Source: an uncultured Eubacteriales bacterium (GTDB lineage: Bacteria > Bacillota > Clostridia > Christensenellales > CAG-138). From it: a stretch of DNA of 64,000 nucleotides. The stretch lies in NCBI GenBank assembly GCA_900542615.1, contig UQOG01000002.1, positions 11,718 through 75,717 of the forward strand. The letters are read 5' to 3'. The translations under genes and the position numbers were made by a program. Shown here piece after piece: positions 1 through 9,319 of this stretch (the first letter of the stretch is position 1; every line of letters begins with the position of its first letter). The notes under the pieces are model-generated. The model had not been told where the DNA came from. It was given only the letters and a program-made list of their open reading frames with translations, and ran no database searches.

Positions 1-69
1 GATTTTGCAGAAAATGCAGTTTTCCATGGATAAACCTCCTCATGCAATTGCTGGGCGGGACGTTCCCGC

Positions 70-1368
70 CTATTCTATAAGCCGGCCGGTCAAACGGCCG
101 GTTTCCGCCTGCTGTATCTGTACCTGCGCCAATTGCCCCAATACCTGTTTGCCGCCGGGGACCCAAACCCGCACATAGGTGTCGGTATAGCCTTCCACAC
201 CGCCGTGTTTCTCTTCTTCAAACAGAACGGCCTGGCAGGTGCCCACCTGCTGGGCCAGATATTCCGCTTCCAGGCGATCCGCCAACTGGGCTAGGATGTG
301 GGCCCGTTGGGATTTTACCGCCTTGGAAAGCTGGCCTGGCATACGGGCGGCCGGGGTGCCGGAACGGGGAGAATAGGGGAACACATGGACACGGCATAGC
401 TTGACCTGCTCCACAAAATCCAGCGTCTGTTGAAATTCCGCTTCCGTTTCCCCGGGGAAGCCCACGATCACGTCGGTGGTGATGGCGCAGCCGGGCATGG
501 CGGCCCGCAGCCGGGCAACCCATTGGGCGTATTCGTCCGGGGTATAGCGCCGGGCCATACGCCGTAAAACGGTGGCGCTGCCGCTTTGCAGGGAGAGATG
601 AAATTGACGGCAAATTTTTGGATTCTCTGCCAGCGCCTGTACAAACGCATCGGAAAGAAGCTGAGGCTCCAGGGAACCAAGACGGATCCGCTGGATCCCC
701 GGGATATCTTGGCCCTGCCGGATGGCGTCCAGCAGGTTGGTGCCGTCCCCCAGATCCTTACCATAGCTCATCAGGTGAATGCCGGTCAACACCACCTCGG
801 AATAGCCGTTTTCCCCCAGCCGGGCCAGCTGGCTATGGATGTCCGAAAGGGGGCGGGAACGCAGAGGCCCCCGGGCATAGGGGATGACGCAATAGGTGCA
901 ATACCGGTCGCAGCCCTCCTGGATCTTTAGCTGGGCCCGGGTACGGCTTTCCTGGACGGCCTGGAGGTTTTCAAAGGCCGTGGCCTTTTCCAGGTCCGCC
1001 ACCGCGCACAGGAAGGGCTGGGCAGGGGATAGGCTTTCCACCAGCTCCACCACCCGAAGCCGGTCCTGGGAACCCAGGATCAGGCTGACCCCGGGGAGCT
1101 TTCCGATCTCCTCCGGGGCGCGCTGGGCATAGCAGCCCGCTACGATGATCTTTGCGTCGGGGTTTTTATGATGGGCCCTGGAGATCATCTGCCGGGATTT
1201 TTGATCCCCGGTGGCGGTGACGGTGCAGGTGTTGATTAGATACACGTCCGCCGCCTGGTCAAAATCCACGGTCTCATAGCCCGCCTGGGTAAAAAGCTCC
1301 CGCATGGCCTCCGTATCGAATTGATTCACCTTGCAGCCCAGGGTAAAAAACGCAGCCCGCTTCCCCAT
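70..1368 (-). CDS. mtaB: tRNA N6-threonylcarbamoyladenosine methylthiotransferase MtaB (MiaB-like radical-SAM enzyme)
   Basis: ORF 70..1371. It has N-terminal FFTLGCKVNQFD, a radical-SAM cluster motif CDRYCTYCVIP (CxxxCxxC) and a C-terminal TRAM-like region. Start set to ATG 1368, which forms a TGATG overlap with the rsmE stop and has a GGGGGA SD 6 nt upstream. GTG 1371 is the alternative. Confidence 0.85.
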   Translation of the reverse strand: MGKRAAFFTLGCKVNQFDTEAMRELFTQAGYETVDFDQAADVYLINTCTVTATGDQKSRQMISRAHHKNPDAKIIVAGCYAQRAPEEIGKLPGVSLILGSQDRLRVVELVESLSPAQPFLCAVADLEKATAFENLQAVQESRTRAQLKIQEGCDRYCTYCVIPYARGPLRSRPLSDIHSQLARLGENGYSEVVLTGIHLMSYGKDLGDGTNLLDAIRQGQDIPGIQRIRLGSLEPQLLSDAFVQALAENPKICRQFHLSLQSGSATVLRRMARRYTPDEYAQWVARLRAAMPGCAITTDVIVGFPGETEAEFQQTLDFVEQVKLCRVHVFPYSPRSGTPAARMPGQLSKAVKSQRAHILAQLADRLEAEYLAQQVGTCQAVLFEEEKHGGVEGYTDTYVRVWVPGGKQVLGQLAQVQIQQAETGRLTGRLIE

Positions 1369-2099
1369 CACATATCCCCCAATTCATATAGGATCATGGC
1401 CAAAGCCGCCATGCCTGCGGTTTCCGTCCGCAGGATCCGGGGGCCCAGGCTCAGGCAATGGCCTCCGGCGGCGGTCAGGGCAGCCACCTCGCTCCGCTCC
1501 AGCCCACCCTCCGGGCCCACCACCAGGCCGATGTCCAGGGCGTCGCCGTGGCTCTGGAGGACGGCCTTCAGGGATACGGCTTCCTCTTCCTCGTCGGCGA
1601 TCAGCAATAGGTCATGCCGGGCCAGGACGGCGTCGGAAAAGGCGGCCAGGGGGCGCACCTGGGGCACCATGCCCCGGCGGGCCTGCTTGGCCGCTTCATA
1701 GGCGACCCGCTGGTAGCGGACCCGCTTCTTTTCAAATTCCTTTGGGGTGAGCTTGACCACGCTGCGCTGGGCCAGGACCGGCACCAGGGAATACAGGCCC
1801 AGTTCCACGGATTTTTGCAGGATCAGCTCCATTTTGCCCGCCTTGGGCAACCCCTGGTACAGGGTGACCCGATGGCGCGGCTCCCCCCGGGAGGGCCGAG
1901 AGGAAAGCACATCCAGCAGGATTTCCTCCTTGCCCAGGGAGCGGAGCCGGGCTTCATAGTCCGTGCCGGCCCCATCGCACAGGGTGACCAGCTCCCCGGC
2001 TCGCAGCCGAAGGACCCGGGCCATGTGGGCCACATCCTCGCCGGTTATCCGGGCGGTCGCACCTTGGAGCTGATGGGGGTCTAGGAAAAACCGATGCAT
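1368..2099 (-). CDS. rsmE: 16S rRNA (uracil1498-N3)-methyltransferase RsmE
   Basis: 243-aa ORF starting MHRFFLDP. RsmE-family C-terminal motifs VVGPEGGLERSEV and SLGPRILRTETA are present. Position between prmA and mtaB is typical. Confidence 0.85.
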   Translation of the reverse strand: MHRFFLDPHQLQGATARITGEDVAHMARVLRLRAGELVTLCDGAGTDYEARLRSLGKEEILLDVLSSRPSRGEPRHRVTLYQGLPKAGKMELILQKSVELGLYSLVPVLAQRSVVKLTPKEFEKKRVRYQRVAYEAAKQARRGMVPQVRPLAAFSDAVLARHDLLLIADEEEEAVSLKAVLQSHGDALDIGLVVGPEGGLERSEVAALTAAGGHCLSLGPRILRTETAGMAALAMILYELGDM

Positions 2100-2102
2100 A
2101 CC

Positions 2103-3071
2103 CTATGCCCTCTTGGCCAATATGGCCCGCCAGTCCTCTCCCTCCAGGACGGAGAGCACCTGGAACGGCTGGGCCTTTAGGGCCTGCAAAACATCCTGGA
2201 GCCGGTCCTGGATGATGCCGCTCATGATGAACAGGCCGCCCGGCTTGAGGAAGCGGGGCGCAACCGGACAAAGGCCGATGATCACATCCGCCACGATGTT
2301 GGCCACCACGATGTCGTAGGTGGACTGGGCCAGCCGGTCCACCAGGCCGGCGTCGGTCAACACATCCCCGCACAAGACCGTATACCGATCCCCTTGCACG
2401 CCGTTAAGGGCGGCGTTTTCCCCGGCAATCCGCTCGGCCACCGGGTCAATGTCCACGCCGATGGCATGGGCGGCTCCCAACAGGACGCCGGCGATAGAAA
2501 GGATGCCGCTGCCGCAGCCTAGGTCCAGCAGGGTATCCCCCGGGCGCACGTGGGCTTCCAGCAGCTCCAGGCACATCCGGGTGGTGTGATGGCTGCCGGT
2601 ACCAAAGGCCATGCCCGGATCCAGGGACAACAGCACCCGTTGGCCGGGGTCGGCCTTTTCCCAGCTTGGGCACACCAGCAGCCGTTCGCCAATGGGCAGG
2701 GGCTTATAATAGGCTTTCCAGTTGTTGGCCCAGTCCTCCTCGTCGGTGACCTCGGCCACCACCCGGAGGCTGCCAAGATCCAGCCCCACGTCCATGGCCT
2801 GCAATTCCGCAAAGGACTGGCGGATCTGCTCCACCAGCCTGGCATTGTCCGCCACATTGCCCACATAGGCCGTTACGCAGGGGCCGGCGCCCTGGGTCAG
2901 CTCGTCCAGGTCGGCAAAATCCCAATATTTTGCGGTCTCCTGCAAAAAGGCGTCGATGGCCTCCCGGCTTTCCTGGATCTGTACTTGGTCGATCCCCAGG
3001 GTGGACAGCCGGCCGCAGACCGGCTCAATGCCCTCTTGGGTGGTGAATACGGTGATCTGGGTCCATTTCAT
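2103..3071 (-). CDS. prmA: ribosomal protein L11 methyltransferase PrmA
   Basis: 322-aa ORF starting MKWTQITVFT. SAM-binding motif LLDLGCGSGILSIA. PrmA-like length and N-terminal domain. Confidence 0.9.
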   Translation of the reverse strand: MKWTQITVFTTQEGIEPVCGRLSTLGIDQVQIQESREAIDAFLQETAKYWDFADLDELTQGAGPCVTAYVGNVADNARLVEQIRQSFAELQAMDVGLDLGSLRVVAEVTDEEDWANNWKAYYKPLPIGERLLVCPSWEKADPGQRVLLSLDPGMAFGTGSHHTTRMCLELLEAHVRPGDTLLDLGCGSGILSIAGVLLGAAHAIGVDIDPVAERIAGENAALNGVQGDRYTVLCGDVLTDAGLVDRLAQSTYDIVVANIVADVIIGLCPVAPRFLKPGGLFIMSGIIQDRLQDVLQALKAQPFQVLSVLEGEDWRAILAKRA

Positions 3072-3344
3072 AATTCGTAGGGTTCCTTTTCTTCAAATTG
3101 GGAAGGGCTACGCCTTCTCATATCCAGCTTCTATCTTAAAGCATTTTTTTCCCCGGGGCAAGCCTTTGGCGTTTGAAGGGGGAAAGCGCAGAGAAAAACA
3201 GGCGTCCAACCGCTGGTTGGGCGCACAACCAGCGGTAGAATCCAAGGATCGACCAATAGGCCATGGAAATTTCGGCCCAAATGTGGCAGAATGGATGCAG
3301 AAAATCCGCGACGGCCGGCGCAGAAAAAAAGGAGAAAGAAGAAC

Positions 3345-4370
3345 ATGGAACAAAATCGGGAGACCTTGGGCAAGCGCATCATGGCCCTGCGCAAGGCAAA
3401 GGGCTGGACCCAGGAGCAGCTGGCAGCCCAGCTGGGCATATCCGCACAGGCGGTGAGCAAATGGGAAAACGACGTATCCTGCCCGGATATCTCCACCTTG
3501 CCCGCCCTGGCGGCCCTGCTGGGGGTGCGGGTGGATACCCTGCTGGGCGTGCCGGCTGCCGGTGGAGAAGCAGCCGACTTTTCCCAGGAAGCGGGCCGGC
3601 AAACGGCAGACGATGCGTCCCAAGCCCCTTTGCCCGCGCCGCGGGTGGATTGGGGCGGGGTGGCCTTTGCCATTGCCCTGATCCTTTTGGGGCTGTCCTT
3701 CATATTAAATAAACAGCTGGGCCTTTCCCCGGACATTTGGGGCCTGGTATGGCCCAGCGTGGTGCTGGGGCTGGGGATACTGTGGTTTTTGCGGCAGCTT
3801 GCCCCCTTTGGCCTGGGGGTGGCCTTTATCGGGTTCTATTATCTGCTGCAAAACCTGGGGGACCCGCTGCCCTTCGCCCTGACCTGGGACCTGATTTGGC
3901 CCATGATCCTGATCCTGCTTGGGGTGGATATCCTGCTGAACCTGCTGGGTGTCAAACGGCATGTGGGCAACCGGTTCCAGGGACGGCATTGGGAACATTG
4001 GCAACAGGGGGCAGCGGGCTTTGTTGAGGAAAAGGAAATCATCCAGCTGCAAGCGGTATTCACCGAGGACAACCGGCAAATCAAGACGCCTTGCTTGCGG
4101 GGCGGGAAGGTGCGGCTGGTATTCGGCGCAGGCAAGCTGGATCTTACCCAGGTGCAGGCCCTAGGCGACCGGGGGGCGGCAGTGCTGAACCTGGAGGTGG
4201 TATTCGGCGGCTATACCCTGTTCCTCCCCAGGCATTTCCGGGTGGATAACCAGGTCACCGCCGTATTCGGCGGCTCCACCATCAACGGTAGCCCTTGGGA
4301 GCCCACCGCCACATTGACCTTGACCGGCAAGGTGATCTTCGGCGGGCTGGATATCCGGTATGTGGGGTGA
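3345..4370 (+). CDS. membrane-anchored XRE-family HTH protein with LiaF/DUF2154-like C-terminal domain
   Basis: N-terminal HTH LGKRIMALRKAKGWTQEQLAAQLGISAQAVSKWEN, then a Pro/Ala-rich linker and about 5 hydrophobic helices. The C-terminal region is repetitive and beta-rich (VFGAGKLDL, VVFGGYTLFL, AVFGGSTING, VIFGGLDIRY). Start set to ATG 3345 with an AAAGGAGAAAG SD upstream; the ORF track begins at 3291. Confidence 0.6.
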   Translation: MEQNRETLGKRIMALRKAKGWTQEQLAAQLGISAQAVSKWENDVSCPDISTLPALAALLGVRVDTLLGVPAAGGEAADFSQEAGRQTADDASQAPLPAPRVDWGGVAFAIALILLGLSFILNKQLGLSPDIWGLVWPSVVLGLGILWFLRQLAPFGLGVAFIGFYYLLQNLGDPLPFALTWDLIWPMILILLGVDILLNLLGVKRHVGNRFQGRHWEHWQQGAAGFVEEKEIIQLQAVFTEDNRQIKTPCLRGGKVRLVFGAGKLDLTQVQALGDRGAAVLNLEVVFGGYTLFLPRHFRVDNQVTAVFGGSTINGSPWEPTATLTLTGKVIFGGLDIRYVG

Positions 4371-4395
4371 CGGCGGGGTTTTTTGCAGGTTTTAG

Positions 4396-4424
4396 TTGAC
4401 TTCCCGTGCCCGTTCCAGTATAAT
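4396..4424 (+). promoter_or_regulatory. sigma-A-type promoter upstream of rpsU
   Basis: TTGACT (4396..4401), a 17-nt spacer, then TATAAT (4419..4424), about 70 nt upstream of the rpsU start. Confidence 0.6.
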
Positions 4425-4495
4425 GAAACATGTTTGATTTCGACCTTGCCGGTGGCACAGCCGCTATGCTGCAACGGAGAGGGGAGGGGAAAGAT

Positions 4496-4666
4496 TTGGA
4501 AATTCGCGTAGGTGAAAACGAGTCTCTGGAAAGTGCTCTCAAACGGTTTAAGCGTAAGTGCGCCCGCAGCGGCGTCTTGGCCGAAGTTCGTCGCCGTGAA
4601 CATTACGAGAAGCCCAGCGTAAAGCGTAAGAAAAAGGCCGAAGCAGCCCGGAAGCGCAAGTATTAA
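4496..4666 (+). CDS. rpsU: 30S ribosomal protein S21
   Basis: The sequence [56 protein letters not shown] is a full-length S21. Start is TTG 4496 with a GGAGAGGGGAGGGG SD upstream. The longer track ORF (4430) would add a non-homologous extension. Confidence 0.85.
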   Translation: MEIRVGENESLESALKRFKRKCARSGVLAEVRRREHYEKPSVKRKKKAEAARKRKY

Positions 4667-4778
4667 GCTTCCAAAGCCATCTACTGTTACCAATAACTAC
4701 GATATTCGGGATATGCATTCCGTCCTTCCCGGATAAGCGGCAGCCCCCTCAGGAAAATCAAACGATGCGTTGCATCCT

Positions 4779-4807
4779 AGCCCGCCCATTCGGCGGGCTT
4801 TTGCTTT
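4779..4807 (+). terminator. rho-independent terminator candidate downstream of rpsU
   Basis: Stem AGCCCGCC / GGCGGGCT (8 bp) with loop CATTC, followed by TTTGCTTT. Confidence 0.55.
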
Positions 4808-4868
4808 GCCGGAAGGAACGGGTATGCTAAGGGGCGCCGCGGCATACACTGTCAAGGGGGTGAAGCGA

Positions 4869-5111
4869 ATGTCCATCATCGGCTTTTGCGAGCTAAAGCG
4901 CAAGGAGGTGATCAACGTGCGGGACGGCGCCAGGCTGGGCTGCGTGTGCGACCTGGAGATCGAATGCGAATCCGGGCTGGTCAAGTCCCTGGTGGTGCCG
5001 GGGCCGCCGCATTTTTTCGGCCTGCTGAAAAACGACGAGGAGCTGGTCATCCCCTTTTCCCGCATCTCCAAGATCGGCGGGGACGTTATTTTGGTGGATC
5101 TGGTGCTTTGA
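4869..5111 (+). CDS. YlmC/YmxH-family sporulation protein (PRC-barrel)
   Basis: MSIIGFCELKRKEVINVRDGARLGCVCDLEIECESGLVKSLVVPG...VIPFSRISKIGGDVILVDL matches the small PRC-barrel YlmC/YmxH family. Start set to ATG 4869. Confidence 0.75.
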   Translation: MSIIGFCELKRKEVINVRDGARLGCVCDLEIECESGLVKSLVVPGPPHFFGLLKNDEELVIPFSRISKIGGDVILVDLVL

Positions 5112-5200
5112 CGGGGAAGATGTGAAAAAAATGCCGGGGAATGTGGCGGAAATCCGGGCGGTATGGTATGATATTCCATATCAAACAGGGAGGCCAAGCC

Positions 5201-5656
5201 ATGAAGTGTCGGTATTGCCTGAGTACGGAAAGCAAAGTGGTGGATTCCAGGCCCACGGAGGATGGCACCGCCATACGCCGCAGGCGGGAGTGCATCAATT
5301 GCGGCAAGCGCTTCACCACCTATGAAAAAATCGAAGAAGTCCCCATTATGGTCATCAAAAAGGACGGCAGCCGGGAGCCCTTCGATAGCAAGAAGATCCT
5401 GGCGGGGGTGCGCAAGGCCTGCGAAAAGCGGCCCGTATCCACCGGGGATATGGAACGGTTGGTGGATGATGTGGAGCGGGAAGTATTCAATTCCCTGGAG
5501 CAGGAGGTGCCCACCAATACCGTAGGCGAAATGGTGATGCGCCGGCTCAAAGAACTGGACGAAGTGGCCTATGTGCGCTTTGCCTCGGTATACCGGCAAT
5601 TCAAGGACATCAGCACCTTCATGGAAGAACTCAAGCGGTTATTGGATGAAAAATAG
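5201..5656 (+). CDS. nrdR: transcriptional repressor NrdR
   Basis: Zinc ribbon [42 protein letters not shown], followed by an ATP-cone domain. SD AGGGAGG upstream of ATG 5201. Confidence 0.9.
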   Translation: MKCRYCLSTESKVVDSRPTEDGTAIRRRRECINCGKRFTTYEKIEEVPIMVIKKDGSREPFDSKKILAGVRKACEKRPVSTGDMERLVDDVEREVFNSLEQEVPTNTVGEMVMRRLKELDEVAYVRFASVYRQFKDISTFMEELKRLLDEK

Positions 5657-5657
5657 T

Positions 5658-6497
5658 ATGCAAGAAACCTATTTAGCAAAGGCCGGGCGGTTCAAGCACG
5701 GCTTTCTTTACGAAAAAAGCCAGGGCGTGGGCTGGTACCGGGCGGCGTCCTTGCAGACGCCCGGGCTGCGCCATGGGTTTTCCACCCGGGAAGGCGGGGT
5801 AACGGCCGGGCGCAAGGCTTCCCTGAACCTGCATTGGGACAAGGATGGCTGCGAAGGGGACGTATTGGAAAACTACCAGCGGTTTGCCCGGGGCGCCGGC
5901 ATCGCCTATGAGGATATGGTCATCGTCAACCACGCCCACGGCGCCAATGTGATCCAGGTGGACAGGCTGAGCCGGGGCCGGGGCTTTACGCAGCCGCCCC
6001 TACCCTTTTGCGACGGCCTGATCACCAACGACCCGGCGGTGGCGGTGGTGACCTCCCACGCGGATTGCGGGGCCTTTTTCCTGTACGATCCGGAAAACCG
6101 GGCTGTGGGCATGGCCCACGCGGGGTGGAAGGGCACCCTGCTGAAAATCGGCCTGGTGATGGCGGAGGCCATGGGCCGGGCCTATGGCACCAGGCCGGAA
6201 AACTTGATCGCCGTGGCGGGGCCTTGTATCTGCCCCAAATGCTTTGAGGTGGACGAGGTGTTGGGGGAGGAATTCGCCAAGGCCTTTGACCCGGCTGTAA
6301 TGCGGCCGGGCCGGCCGGGCAAGGCTTATGTGGATCTGCCCTTATGCGCCGGGCTGCAATTTTTACAGGCGGGCATCCTGCCGGAACACATTACCCTGAT
6401 GGACGCCTGTACCTATGAGGACCCAGAACGATTCTATTCCCACCGCCGGGATAAGGGAGGAACCGGCTCCATGGCAGCGTATATGCAGCTGCAATAG
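5658..6497 (+). CDS. pgeF: YfiH/PgeF-family (laccase-domain) protein
   Basis: Family motifs GLRHGFSTREGG, TSHADCGAFFLYD, GMAHAGWKG and ICPKCFEV. The start is ambiguous: ATG 5658 (just after the nrdR stop) or ATG 5646. Confidence 0.75.
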   Translation: MQETYLAKAGRFKHGFLYEKSQGVGWYRAASLQTPGLRHGFSTREGGVTAGRKASLNLHWDKDGCEGDVLENYQRFARGAGIAYEDMVIVNHAHGANVIQVDRLSRGRGFTQPPLPFCDGLITNDPAVAVVTSHADCGAFFLYDPENRAVGMAHAGWKGTLLKIGLVMAEAMGRAYGTRPENLIAVAGPCICPKCFEVDEVLGEEFAKAFDPAVMRPGRPGKAYVDLPLCAGLQFLQAGILPEHITLMDACTYEDPERFYSHRRDKGGTGSMAAYMQLQ

Positions 6498-6558
6498 CTT
6501 TTCCATTCATTGCCGGGAATGCCGGCGTACCTGCCGGGGCAAGGTAGGGGTAATCCCC

Positions 6559-7155
6559 ATGGAAGAAGGTTTGTCTATGCAACTTTCCACCGCATTGCTC
6601 CTGTGCATCATAATCCTGGGCCTGACAGGGGGGCTTGCCCCGCTGCAGGCCCTGTTTCGCATCCGGCCCTTTCATGCCGTCTACTTTGCGGTATGTATGC
6701 TGGCCTTTTCCTCTTTTGTGTTTGCCCCTGTTGCCCAATTGCGCTTTTCCTTACAAATCGTTATGCTCCCAATTTCCCTGGCTCTGTGGGCCTGGCATGA
6801 GCGGCCAAACCCAGGCGCGCCTGCGGCGCTGCTGTTTTTTTCCCTGGCAGCCTTTTTCGCGGGGCGCACGGAGCTCCTGGCAGGTACCCAAAACGGCCTG
6901 CTCACCGGCTGCATCGCCGGGGCTGCCGCCACGATGCTGGTGGACACTCCGCGTACCGCCCTGGCGGTGGTTTGCCTGGTGCCGGTGGTATGCGCCCTGG
7001 GGGAGGGCTGCGTCAACCTGGTGACCGGCAGCTACGGGGTGCTGGACCTTGCCAGCGCCGCCCTGGCGGACGCCCAGATGAGCGGCCTTTGCTTTGGCGC
7101 TATCCTCTTATGCCTATATCAGGTTGCCCAGGAACAAAAACGGTCTGCGGAATGA
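6559..7155 (+). CDS. hypothetical polytopic membrane protein
   Basis: About 6 hydrophobic segments and no recognisable family motif. ATG 6559 is preceded by an AAGGTAGGGG SD. Codon usage and GC match the neighbouring genes. Confidence 0.45.
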   Translation: MEEGLSMQLSTALLLCIIILGLTGGLAPLQALFRIRPFHAVYFAVCMLAFSSFVFAPVAQLRFSLQIVMLPISLALWAWHERPNPGAPAALLFFSLAAFFAGRTELLAGTQNGLLTGCIAGAAATMLVDTPRTALAVVCLVPVVCALGEGCVNLVTGSYGVLDLASAALADAQMSGLCFGAILLCLYQVAQEQKRSAE

Positions 7156-7197
7156 CCTTTCTCAGCCTAGGGATTGTTTAATTTAAAATCGTTTGTT

Positions 7198-7240
7198 AAA
7201 GCCCTTGCGTCTAGCGAAACAGCGGACGCAAGGGCTTTTT
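7198..7240 (+). terminator. rho-independent terminator
   Basis: 14-bp stem AAAGCCCTTGCGTC / GACGCAAGGGCTTT with a 13-nt loop, followed by a T-run. Confidence 0.7.
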
Positions 7241-7273
7241 GCTTATGGGGAAAGGGATCGGCCAGGGGCAGGG

Positions 7274-7302
7274 AATAATGCCCGGCGCTTGCACATACAC
7301 AT
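7274..7302 (+). promoter_or_regulatory. possible sigma-E-type promoter of the spoIIIA operon
   Basis: CATACACAT at 7294..7302 resembles the sigma-E -10 consensus (CATACA-T), and AATAAT lies 14 nt upstream. This is weak pattern matching only. Confidence 0.25.
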
Positions 7303-7329
7303 ATACCAGCAAAAGGGGGACAGGCCGCG

Positions 7330-8217
7330 ATGGAAACATGGGAAACGCAGGTATTGCCCCTGCTCCCGCCTGATCTTGCCCGGGAGCTTCGGGCGGGGGA
7401 GCTGGCGGGGGCGGAGGAGATACGGATCCGGGTGAACCGGCCGGCCCAGGTGCTGGGCAAGCATCCGCGCCTGCTTGGATGGACGCCGGATCCACAGATG
7501 TGCCAGGCGGTGCTGCTGCGGCTGTGCAGGCAATCCATCTACGCCTATGGGCCGGAGCTGGCAGCCTGCTATATGACCCTGCCGGGCGGGGTGCGGGTAG
7601 GCCTGGCGGGCCGCATGGCGGGGGCGGGTGAGGAGGCCCGGCTGGTTACGGCTACGGGCTTCAACATCCGGCTGGCCCGGGCCATCCCGGGTTGCGCGGA
7701 CCCGCTGATGGGGCTATTGCTGGGCCCTGCGGGCCTTCGGAGCACCCTGCTGCTTTCCGCGCCGGGGGCGGGCAAAACCACTATGCTGCGGGATGCGGCA
7801 AGGCAGCTGTCCCTGCGGGGGATGAAGGTATGCCTTGCGGACGAACGCAGGGAGCTGGCCGGGTGCGACGACGGGGTGCCTACGTTGGATGTGGGGCCCT
7901 GCACGGATGTGTTGGAGGGCTGCAAAAAGGCCCGGGCCATGTCCCTGCTGGTGCGGGGCATGGGGCCGGAGGTGCTGGTCACGGACGAATTGGCGGGCCA
8001 GGGCGACGCGGAAGCGGTGATGGAGGCGGCAGGGTGCGGGGTACGGATCCTTGCCAGCGCCCACGGGGACGGCTGGGAGGACCTTAAGCGGCGCAAAAGC
8101 CTGTTTCCGCTCATCCAAACCGGGTGCTTCACCCAGGTGATCCTGCTGCGCCGGCAGGCGGGCCATCCGCCCCGGCTGGAGACGGTATATCGGGCAAAGG
8201 AGGAACCATGCGGTTGA
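7330..8217 (+). CDS. spoIIIAA: stage III sporulation protein AA (secretion ATPase)
   Basis: 295 aa. Walker A LLLSAPGAGKTTMLRD. First gene of an eight-gene spoIIIA-ordered cluster. Confidence 0.9.
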   Translation: METWETQVLPLLPPDLARELRAGELAGAEEIRIRVNRPAQVLGKHPRLLGWTPDPQMCQAVLLRLCRQSIYAYGPELAACYMTLPGGVRVGLAGRMAGAGEEARLVTATGFNIRLARAIPGCADPLMGLLLGPAGLRSTLLLSAPGAGKTTMLRDAARQLSLRGMKVCLADERRELAGCDDGVPTLDVGPCTDVLEGCKKARAMSLLVRGMGPEVLVTDELAGQGDAEAVMEAAGCGVRILASAHGDGWEDLKRRKSLFPLIQTGCFTQVILLRRQAGHPPRLETVYRAKEEPCG

Positions 8218-8708
8218 TGGCAGCCCTTGCGGCGTTGGGGCTGGGCATGTTCGTCGGGTACGCCAAAGGCTACAGGGTGCAGGCAAGAGCCCAGGCACTT
8301 AGCGGTTTTTTGGAGGAACTGCCCAGGCTGCTTTTGCAGATGGAATATAAGACCCTGCCTCTTGCCCAGCTGGTCCGGGCCCTGGGGCGGGCGGAGGGCA
8401 TATTGGGGGCATTCTGGACGGCCTTTGGGGCGGCGCTGCCGGAACGGGGGATCGAGGGGGCTTGGAACCAAGCCCTGGAGGAAGCGGCGCCCTATGGCCT
8501 TTTGGAAGGGGATGTGGCCATTTTGCAGGGGATGGGGCCCATGCTTGCCTATCCGGAGGCAGAGGGGCGCAAGCGGTCCGCCCAAGGGCTGCTGGCGGAG
8601 CTTTCGGAACAGCGGGAAGCCTTGCGGCGGGAGCAGGAGAAGCGGGGCAACCTATATGGCACGCTGGGCCTGCTCATGGGGCTGGCGCTGGCCATATTGA
8701 TCCTATAG
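8208..8708 (+). CDS. spoIIIAB: stage III sporulation protein AB
   Basis: Starts MRLMAALAALGLGMFVGYAKGY with an N-terminal TM helix and has a C-terminal TM helix. ATG 8208 with an AAGGAGG SD, overlapping the spoIIIAA end. Position in the operon supports the call. Confidence 0.85.
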   Translation: MRLMAALAALGLGMFVGYAKGYRVQARAQALSGFLEELPRLLLQMEYKTLPLAQLVRALGRAEGILGAFWTAFGAALPERGIEGAWNQALEEAAPYGLLEGDVAILQGMGPMLAYPEAEGRKRSAQGLLAELSEQREALRREQEKRGNLYGTLGLLMGLALAILIL

Positions 8709-8726
8709 CTACGAAAGGAAAGAAAG

Positions 8727-8924
8727 ATGGGGATCGAAATCGTATTGAAGATCGCGGGCATCGGGATGCTGGTGGCGGTGAGTTGCCAGCTGCTCAAGCA
8801 AACGGGCCGGGACGATATCGCCATGCTGGCCGCCCTGATGGGGCTGGTGATCGTATTGGGAATGGTTCTGGGGGAGATCGGCTCGCTGTTTGAGGAAGTG
8901 AAGCGGATCTTCGGGCTGTATTGA
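8727..8924 (+). CDS. spoIIIAC: stage III sporulation protein AC
   Basis: 65-aa two-TM protein, MGIEIVLKIAGIGMLVAVSCQLLKQTGRDD... Typical SpoIIIAC size and sequence. Confidence 0.9.
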   Translation: MGIEIVLKIAGIGMLVAVSCQLLKQTGRDDIAMLAALMGLVIVLGMVLGEIGSLFEEVKRIFGLY

Positions 8925-8926
8925 CC

Positions 8927-9319
8927 ATGACGGTATTCAAGCTGGCAGGGCTTGCGTTGATCGCCCTTTGCGGGGCGGTGCTGCTGCGGGCCTACAAGCC
9001 GGAGATGGGCTTGCAATTGAGCATTGCCGCCTGCTTTTTGCTGCTCAGCTACGCCCTTACGGACATCGCCGCCATACGCCAGGCGGTGGAAGGGGTGACC
9101 AGCCGGTTCGGCTTGGGGGTGGAGCAGCTCAAGCTGGCGTTCAAGGTGCTGGGGATCGCCTATGTGGCCCAGTTTGCCGCGGAGGCCTGTAGGGACGCAG
9201 GGGAGAGCGCCATCGCCTCTAAGGTGGAATTGGCGGGCCGGGTGATGATCGTGGCGGCGGCGCTGCCGGCGCTGTTGGCGGTGCTGGAGCTGCTGCGGGG
9301 CCTGCTGGAGGGCGTATGA
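8927..9319 (+). CDS. spoIIIAD: stage III sporulation protein AD
   Basis: About 130-aa four-TM protein containing KVLGIAYVAQFAAEACRDAGESAIASKVELAGRV. ATG 8927; the track start, TTG 8921, is the alternative. Confidence 0.9.
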   Translation: MTVFKLAGLALIALCGAVLLRAYKPEMGLQLSIAACFLLLSYALTDIAAIRQAVEGVTSRFGLGVEQLKLAFKVLGIAYVAQFAAEACRDAGESAIASKVELAGRVMIVAAALPALLAVLELLRGLLEGV

